From Cyanidioschyzon merolae (taxonomy: Eukaryota): a DNA stretch of 64,000 nt. Positions within the stretch are counted from its first letter, which is position 1. Every line of letters starts with the position of its first letter. A program made the translations under genes and the position numbers. The stretch is taken from assembly GCA_000091205.1 (NCBI GenBank), contig AP006490.2; one strand, written 5' to 3'. This document shows, piece by piece, positions 56,093 through 64,000 of the stretch. The notes under the pieces are model-generated. The model made no database searches and had not been told where the DNA came from. It worked only from the letters and a program-made list of their open reading frames with translations.

Positions 56093-59000
56093 GATCCTTG
56101 TCTTCCAATGAACATATCAAGTTTTTAGGAACAAACAACATGTAGCATCAAAACTGGGAATGTAAACTAGCGATAACGCAGCGGATGACAAAGTCGCGCG
56201 AGTCGTCGGTAACGGGCCCGTGCATCTTTGGCGAGTTACTGTGCACCTGGGACGTTTCCTGCAGGTGCTGTGCGTACTCCACGGACCGTCGCAGTTCTAT
56301 GCTCATGTTCGTGCTTGCCTTGTAAGCTATTGACGATGCAGAGCACTGTTCGGGGAAGCTCGAAGGAATGCAAAGGAAGGGCGGGTTTCCCGAAGCGTGC
56401 AATTAGGTATTATACGTGCACTACGCATCCAGCATCGGTAACCGGGGGAATCACAGCGAGAGACCGAGAGAAGAATGAATAGTGTACACGAGTTGGCAGC
56501 AGCTTGTCTTTGAAGTGTCTATGTAGTCTCTGTCGTATGCAAGCGCTGCCACCGAGTTGTGAGCTGGAGCTTAAACTTGCGAACTTGCCTATTGATGCTC
56601 AGTCGAAGCATTGGACTCGTTCAAAATTCTGCAGGTCTTCCCAGGAGCCACAGTGCTATTCTTGGGACTGTTTCCGTTTCTGGATATCTGGACCGCACTT
56701 GATCGTCGAGTGGTGTTCGTCTGGGCTATTGGTTTCAGCCCAGACCAGTCAGTCAGTCGTTTGCTCGTTGAACGCTATTCAGTATCGGGTAGTCGTTTTC
56801 ACGCTCTCCGAGGGATAAGGAGATTGCATCGGAACCGCGGAGCATTGTGCGTGTTTGGCTTCCGTACGTAAAGACGAGGAGGTGCAATGCGGCCTTGACG
56901 CAGAACCCGAGACGAACACCCGCTTGTCCCGGAATGCATTGACGCGTCGCCGCCGCATGACGGTGGTCGGAGTATCTTCAGCGCAGGTGCCGAAAAGCAT
57001 CAAACCGAAACCAAAGCCATATGCGCGGCAATACCGAGGGCGTCATGAACTAGACCCTCTCCGAATTGTACCCGTTTTAGCGCAGCTCATTCACAGAGAA
57101 AAGTGGGTGCTGATGGGAAGCATTCTCGGGATGCCACCTGAGGCGGACAACGGTTTCTTGGCAAAAGTCCTGCATCTGGAAGCGAGCTCGACAGCGATGT
57201 CGCAGCGAGAGCGGGAGCCGCTTCAGATCGTCAAAGCTCACGGGATTGCACTTGGTCTTGGACCGGTGGACGTCCTCTCCAAGACATGGTGGACGTGTGA
57301 TGCCCGTCCTGCTCGCGTGATGCGAATCGACGTATGCCTCATGAGAGCGCTCAAGAGCAAAGCGATTTTCTTCTGCGAATCCGAGCGCTCTAGCTTCCTC
57401 AAAAATGTATTCTTTATCTTTCCCGTGACTCAGGTCAAGGCACACTGTATCTCTAGAGACACTTGTTTCGTGTGCTGCAAGTCGTCCTCAGAGAACTACG
57501 GTTGGTTTCTGCGAGCAAGGATGCAGCATTCGAACAGCGTGCTGAAGCGCATAGCCGGAGATCGCTCAAGGCCGCTCCATCGCAGACAATGAACGGGAAA
57601 CAATTCTCAGGGTTCATGGAGACAGACGGACTAGCCATCAGTGTGGGTCTTGTGAAATTTTTGAAACCCATGTCCGAGTCGAGCCAGGGGCCTCATTTTC
57701 AACTGTTCACGTTAGAACAAGACAAAGACTTCGCAGTGAGCGCAGTTCCTCGACTCAAGGAAAGTACGACCGTCACCGAGTACCTGCATGGAAAGCAGAT
57801 GGAGCTCGTCTGCTCTGTAGTGGCATGGTACGATTGAGAGTCGAGCATGATGGACGCAACGAGGCATACCAGCAAGTGGAGCGCAGGCTTCTGGACCCAT
57901 CTCCACGCTCCGGGCATCGTATCTCGCAGAGGGTTGTGTTTTGCACGCCTGATTCAGAGTGTACGTTAGCGTCCAAGTAGATCATCAAGACGAGGTTTCG
58001 CAGGAATCCTGGACATGGCTTTGGCATAGCCGACGGTTTCCGTTCTTCAAAAGCAAAAAGCGTGCAATACGCAACTTGTTGAATGCTTTCCAAACGGAAA
58101 AGACCGAAAAGTCGCATCGTTTGTTGGTAACTTGCGGCACCGCGCATGCTGTGACGCGCTTATACTGCACTGCCCTTCCCTGGTCGCGAGCCGATAACGA
58201 GTGCGGGAGTCGATGCTATGCGATTCCCATTGAAGCGTTACGGACAGCATGGATGGATCACGAGCAGGGGCGAACGCTGAAATCCGCCACACAAGAAAGC
58301 TACAAACAAATCCGAATGCACGAAACGGTGCACGATAAGCAGATCGAGCGTCGTATTGTGAGGCACTCCAAGATGAGCTGCTTCCTATAGCGCGATTCCG
58401 CTGGCACCCAGGCACACGAACACACTCTGAAACGGGAATGGAGCGCCCGGGTCATCATCTGGCAATGTATTGTGCTTGTGGAGCATCCAGCGGCTTTACG
58501 TCGAGCGAACTTTCCAGAAAATCGTTTCTTACTCATTCTGATCATCGTGCTGGAACGCGGAAGACTCCCGAGGAAAAAGTTTCGTGACAAGGAGGGAGCG
58601 CATTGGATTCACGTCTGGAGCAAGGCACTGGCATGGTATGCGTCAACAGTTCTGAAATGTTGGAGTGCCAAGAATATACACCGAGAATGGTTTGCCCAGG
58701 CAACTGATGAACGGCAACGGTGCTCCACGATGCGGTATGAGTCCGCAGTCGACGCTGCGAAGCGTGTAGCGCCCTGCGGCACCAAAAAGATCTTAGGCCG
58801 CGCGGAACACCGCTGCGATGCAGAAAACGAATCAGAGGAACTTTGCGATACAACCCTCTCTGGTATATTTGAAGAACGTTGGTCGAGCTTTCCGGAAGCG
58901 TGTCGTTACCGAGACCTAATACCGAGCTCGCCTGTTTACAGCAGACTCTAGTGGAGTGCACGAGGCTTGAACCATTTGCAATCGATTCATCGATCCAACA

Positions 59001-59130
59001 ACTTACAAAAACCGTCTGCTTCGGGGGTCTGAAGTCTCACGCGGGTTTATGAGCAGCGTCCATGCCACGGGCAGACGCTGATTCGAAGCATCGAACTCGC
59101 ATCAGAGCGCATCGGATGCAGTGACGACCG

Positions 59131-60237
59131 TCACGGCAGCATGACCTCGTTCTCTGCTCCGGGGGGAATGTTCTCGTCCGTTCCCGTAGAGGTGTCGGAA
59201 ACCATGATGTCTTCAGGCAACTGCAACGAGTCCTGGTGATCTCGGAGATTGCGGTTGTAGTTCCGTGCCGCGATGTCGCTGGCGTTGAGCACTGGCATCG
59301 CGCGAGGCGGAGCAACGGCCAGCGTCGCGCTTGCGTACAACGGGCGCACATCGTCGAAAAATGGATGGCGAAGTGCATCTGCTGCCGTTATTCGACGAGC
59401 TGGATCGAGCTGGAGCATTTCGGACAGAAGTTTGCATCCGCTTTCACCGAGATCGGGCAGTATCTGAATTAGTGGCCGTGGTTTCCATTGAGGGAAATCA
59501 TGCCAGTCGCGGAGCTCGACTACAGATGGCCAAGTCTGTTCGTTTGGCGTACCGAGAACCCGAAATATTGCAAGGAGCTGTTCAATCTCGCTTTCCCCGC
59601 AAAATAAAGATCGTCCCCGAATCATCTCTGCGAGTATGCAACCTACACTCCATATATCTACAGGCGTCGAGTAACAACGCGTCCCGAGAAGGATCTCCGG
59701 CGCCCGATACCACAAAGTCACAACCTCATGCGTGTACCTACCGACAGGAATACAAAAGGCACGCCCTAAACCGAAGTCTGCTAGCTTGATGGTACGATCT
59801 TGGTTTGTGACGAGTATATTCTGCGGTTTAAGATCGCGATGCATGATCCCGCGGAGATGACAGAACTGGAGCCCGAGCAACATTTGGTACGCAAAGCACT
59901 TGGCTTGCTGAAGGGGTAAGCCCTTGCCGCGCCCCCGGTGCCGATTCATATACTGCTTCAGGTCGCTCTCAGCGTATTCGAAAACGAGATACAGAAGCGG
60001 ACGTTTTCCGCGACTCTCGGCGTGGATAACGTCGATGAGCTTCACGATATTCTCGCAGTCTGACAGTGCTCGAAGGATGCTTACTTCCCGAAGCGTCGTA
60101 GCTGGAATGCCTTCATCATCATTCGAAAGCGTTGTTTTTTTCAGCGCCACAATTCGATTGGTCTGCAAGTCAAGCGCTTTGTAGACAGTGCCGTAGGTTC
60201 CCTGTCCCAGCACTTCCAGGCGTCGAAAGCGCTCCAT
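59131..60237 (-). CDS. Cyclin-dependent kinase (cdc2/CDKB-like) with a roughly 60-aa C-terminal extension
   Basis: Kinase signatures include 'LGQGTYGTVYKA', cyclin-binding helix 'PATTLREVSILRAL' (PSTAIRE variant resembling plant B-type PPTTLRE), 'HRDLKPQNIL', 'DFGLGRAF' and 'WYRAPEILLG'. Confidence 0.9.
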   Translation of the reverse strand: MERFRRLEVLGQGTYGTVYKALDLQTNRIVALKKTTLSNDDEGIPATTLREVSILRALSDCENIVKLIDVIHAESRGKRPLLYLVFEYAESDLKQYMNRHRGRGKGLPLQQAKCFAYQMLLGLQFCHLRGIMHRDLKPQNILVTNQDRTIKLADFGLGRAFCIPVGRYTHEVVTLWYRAPEILLGTRCYSTPVDIWSVGCILAEMIRGRSLFCGESEIEQLLAIFRVLGTPNEQTWPSVVELRDWHDFPQWKPRPLIQILPDLGESGCKLLSEMLQLDPARRITAADALRHPFFDDVRPLYASATLAVAPPRAMPVLNASDIAARNYNRNLRDHQDSLQLPEDIMVSDTSTGTDENIPPGAENEVMLP

Positions 60238-60899
60238 GGAGGACAGGAATCACTCGAGGCGCCTTGACGACGATTCGTGTATGCTCTCGAGCGTGCACAC
60301 ACGAACGACTACCCCAGGAGCCGCAGACGCTAACCAACTGATGACGACACGCACCGTAACGGCACCAGAAGCGCCGCTTCTGGGCAAACACACCGGGGAC
60401 GCACGCACGACGATGATGGCGACGCAACCGATCGCGCGTTTGAAATCCGCGCACAGCTGGCGTTTCGATAGCGGCGCTTGCGCGCATGGCGCCTGGGGCA
60501 CCAAGCACAACGCTGGGGTATGGACGCGATGACTGGGTGCCTCAGGACGCGATCTAGTTCAGGTGTTGCCTGGACTGGTTTATGATGTGGGATCGTTGGC
60601 TGAAAGTAGGGAATGCCTGGTGCGCAAACGCTATCGGAAAGGACATCTATGCGAGAATAAAATGGAACGATGTCAGCTTCATGAATTCTGGTGTTCACGC
60701 GAACCCATAGGCCTGCTACCAGGATGATGAACACCGGCCGGTTGACGCTCATTCTGTCAATGCTTTCTGGTCTCCTGCATCGTATCTCCGATACGAAATA
60801 CGCTGGACTGCCGTCTCTCGCAAGTTACGCTGCCAGCAGTCGACGGGTATTCGTGGCGGCACGGGAGTCCCGATTTCGCTGCATGGGGCGGTTGTCAAC

Positions 60900-61290
60900 G
60901 CTTTTCATCCAGAGTCGGAAGTTGCAATCAGCGTTTCTCTTGCCATTGGCATATTCCTTGGACACATCTCCGGTACGCCATCCGCAGCGTCGGCACTCGG
61001 CTGGCGTCAGACGTTCGGTGGAGTCCGCCAGAACGCCCCCTTCGATGGCCATCCTGTGGCTCGTCCATGCTTCCCTCAGCGTCCGGTACGTGCACTGGAC
61101 GGGTACAGAAGGCTCTGCTCGATGCCCAGTTCCGTTGACACAACCGGTGCCGTATCCCCTGATCACGCGCTCCTTCCACGCGATCCCGACGGTGAGTACC
61201 CTGCCTGCTGCATGAAACAGAGGATCTGTGGAACGCGGTGTTGTCTGTGGTGAAACAAGTACCAGAAGGACTATCCAGACTGGAGACGAA
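60900..61290 (+). repeat. Dispersed element family 2, copy 2
   Basis: See 32960..33310. Confidence 0.55.
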
Positions 61291-64000
61291 ACCGAAAAGC
61301 TTCGCTGCGTCTATGCTCCCGCTGTACAAGCCGGTGACGCACGCTCCACACTGACACCGGTCGCTCCGACGACTACAGCCCGAGCCCAAGACCCGTTTCC
61401 ATGCAAACGCAAGTGACTGAGGCCCCTGGAAGCGCACCCCGCGAGCAGGCCCATGCTGGTGTGGAATGGCGTTCCATCTGTGGCCGCACTGAGCGTGTGG
61501 AGGATTCGTCCTTCCAATGGATTCGGTTCATTGGCGTTACAAGTGCAGTGAACATGCGGCATGAGCTTGTGGAGCATTCGTCATGCGACGGCGTTGCGTT
61601 CGTTTTCTTCGCATGGCTCCAGCGGCACTACTCTGGGGCGCCCGCGAGGTCTCTCGGGATCGAAAGATTGAAAAGCTCAAGAACGGGTGATTCGCGCACG
61701 CTACGGGCAAGCGGGGTAGAGGCATCGAGGCGTGCACGTATGGACTGGGTGATGGTATCGAAGGCTGATTCTGGGGAACGTTCACCGGCTGGGTTTCGAA
61801 TGATGTTGATTCTGGTGACGTAACGAAACCGGCGGTGGCGATGCGTCGAATGAGCCACACGGACACGGCATCAGAGAACTCTGAGACTACCTAGGAACGG
61901 GAGAGCCCTCATTGCTGTACTGGAATGTCGAGGCTGGGCATCTAGAAAGAGTCTCCGAACAAAACGTAGGGCTGGAGCAGAGCGAGCAGTGTAGTCTTTA
62001 ATTTTTATCTGATAATGTAAGCACGAATATTTCAATCCAAATCAGACCTCCAAGGTGCACTGGTTACCACTACAGAGCCGTCCCTTTGGAGTTAATGGTT
62101 CGTTCATACGATCCTGCGAATGCCGGGCCTGGAGTGTGTACCCCGCTGCAACAGAGCAGCCTTGCTCTACGCTTGTGCACTTGCGGTGCCGCCACGATGC
62201 ACCTGACGCATGGTCGGGTATTGTTCCCAGTTTATGCCCCGATAGTCTGCGTGTGCAGGTGTGCCAGCACGGAACGACGCACCGGAGAAACTCAGCTCTT
62301 TGGACAAACCGCTGGTATCGAGACTCGCCAGGCAATCTTCTATGGGATATGGTGCGGGTTCAGGGCGCGGGCCTTCCTATGTGTATATTGCGTGCGCGCC
62401 GCAGCGTTCCTGGATGTTGAATCCATTGGTGTCTGCGCTCGCGACACATCACATTGTTAGGCTAGTCGTTTCACTTTTGTGGCGTGTATTCGAATAAAGA
62501 CCGTTAGTTCAGACAGACGACGCTCAATCTTCAGAGTCATGTGCTTTCTCGTCCAGTGCGATAACTGCAAGAAATATACCTGGAAGGGTTGTGGGAACCA
62601 TATTCACAGTGTGAAGCAGCAGGCGGAACGCGAGGGGAAGCCTTGGTGTGAGTGCGCACCAGAACAGCGGCGTCCTCGCTGAGTGCATTGAACTGGAGCG
62701 TTTCCCGCTGGTTGACGAAGTCGACAAGCTCGTGGGCAAGTGGTTCACATGCTGTTGCGAATCCCTGTTTGTGGACTGTGCGTTGTACCAGAGGCGATGC
62801 GTGCGGAACTCGCGTGAAGTTGAAGGTGTGAAGCGCTTTTTCCCTGTGCACGCAGGCGCTGTGCTCGTGAAGCGCTACTGCATTACATTTCTTCATACAG
62901 GCCAATGCATGACTTGGGGGTTTGCATCCAGGACTTTGGGATGTCGTCGGAGCTTGACGTGTTACGCGGCTGGTCGTGGCGGTTCCACAGCTGCGCACGG
63001 ATATCTATGGTTCCTGTCAGTTTCCCAGGCATCGGTTGTCTGTCAGCGTGAACCTGGCCATGGAGAACGACGAGCTTGGGCGGCAGCGCTTTTGGAGAGA
63101 CTTCATTGGCAGCTGTGACTGGATTTGGATGAATGGGCGGCAAAAGACAGCGATGCCAGGCGGTTACCAAGCTCATGCCGGAGTTTTTACAGAACATAAA
63201 ATCGGATATTGCTATATGTTGAAAAACTACTTTTGGAGCGAAGCGGGAGCTTTTCTTATGGATTTGGCTTCCTCAAGGAATGTCGCCGAAAGCTGCGAAG
63301 GCGTCTATCCTTGGACTTTGCTGTGAGGTATTTGAAGCTAACGCAGTTGGCCTCGTGATGCATCATTCCGCAGCGACCCGAACGTCATGATCTTCTCGCT
63401 TTTTGATCAGTTTTCTGGTCCGATCGAAGTCGGTCAAAGGTAAGAGGGAGAATCTTGCGCGAAATTCGCGGCCGGCTACTCGTGGCAAGTCTCCATAGAC
63501 AGCACCAAGCTTCCTTTCGAGTCTTGAGTTCGCCAAAGGCAAGCAGGCTGACTGAAAACGACTTGACAGTGCGAGTCGAGCTGCTCCGTGGTTTCATTTG
63601 AGGCGTCTGCATGAAAAACGACTAAAAAATGACATTCTTGATGGAGTTCGCATCATGGGTTCAGTTTGGGGAAACTCCCAGTCCCGATGTGCACATTCCA
63701 GCAAAGCATATCAGTCGTGGTCCAAGTCTTTTTATCCGTTTTTTTGATAAGGTTCGGAATTATGATCGACTCTGGAACAGAAGAGATTGTTGGTGCGGCG
63801 CACTAGTCCTCGCGACGGCCTAGAAACCTCACTGTGTCCGCTTTTTCTGATTTGGCACAGAGGGCATCGCTGGAAGCTTGCAAAGCAAGACTGTAATGAT
63901 CTTCTCCACGAATTCCATGCGATGAATGAAACAAAAAATTTCCCACGACCATAGAGGTTAAATGAATACCGACGTACAGATTTCTCCCAGCCTATTTCGA

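Noticed and set aside
1-64000. A kinetoplastid (polycistronic) or prokaryotic origin was considered because the genes are long, GC-rich and intron-less
   Set aside because: Gene orientation alternates every 1-2 genes rather than running in long same-strand clusters. The window has hallmark eukaryotic genes. It also has the MEP-pathway IspD gene, which kinetoplastids lack.

Overview
The window is nuclear DNA from a GC-rich (about 55-60%) eukaryote whose genes appear intron-less. About 15 protein-coding genes alternate between strands. Several large conserved proteins are encoded as single uninterrupted ORFs: Raptor (1768 aa), RNA polymerase II subunit RPB2 (1184 aa) and eIF3c (1042 aa); proteasome beta-2 and a CDK are also single-ORF. 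Two genes are plastid-type, an IspD (MEP-pathway cytidylyltransferase) with a transit-peptide-like N-terminus and a cystathionine beta-lyase with an N-terminal extension. There are also two plant-type B-box zinc fingers (a second CONSTANS-like B-box lies about 300 aa downstream). This points to a plastid-bearing protist or alga with a compact, intron-poor genome, perhaps a unicellular red-alga-like organism; the species cannot be named from sequence alone. Many proteins carry polyQ, polyA and polyS low-complexity tracts encoded by trinucleotide runs. The non-genic content is unusual for a compact genome: (i) three tandem-repeat arrays with periods of 150, 120 and 90 bp, all multiples of 30, and the 120-bp array has nine near-identical copies just upstream of IspD; (ii) a roughly 600-bp dispersed element present three times in long intergenic regions (two on +, one on -, about 70% identical); (iii) a second dispersed family of at least 350 bp present twice; (iv) a small ORF with a bacterial or phage-type excisionase/MerR-like HTH (HTH_17-like) domain lying alone in a eukaryotic intergenic region. 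No rRNA, tRNA or CRISPR could be supported. Domain assignments rest on recalled family signatures and should be confirmed by HMM or BLAST searches.
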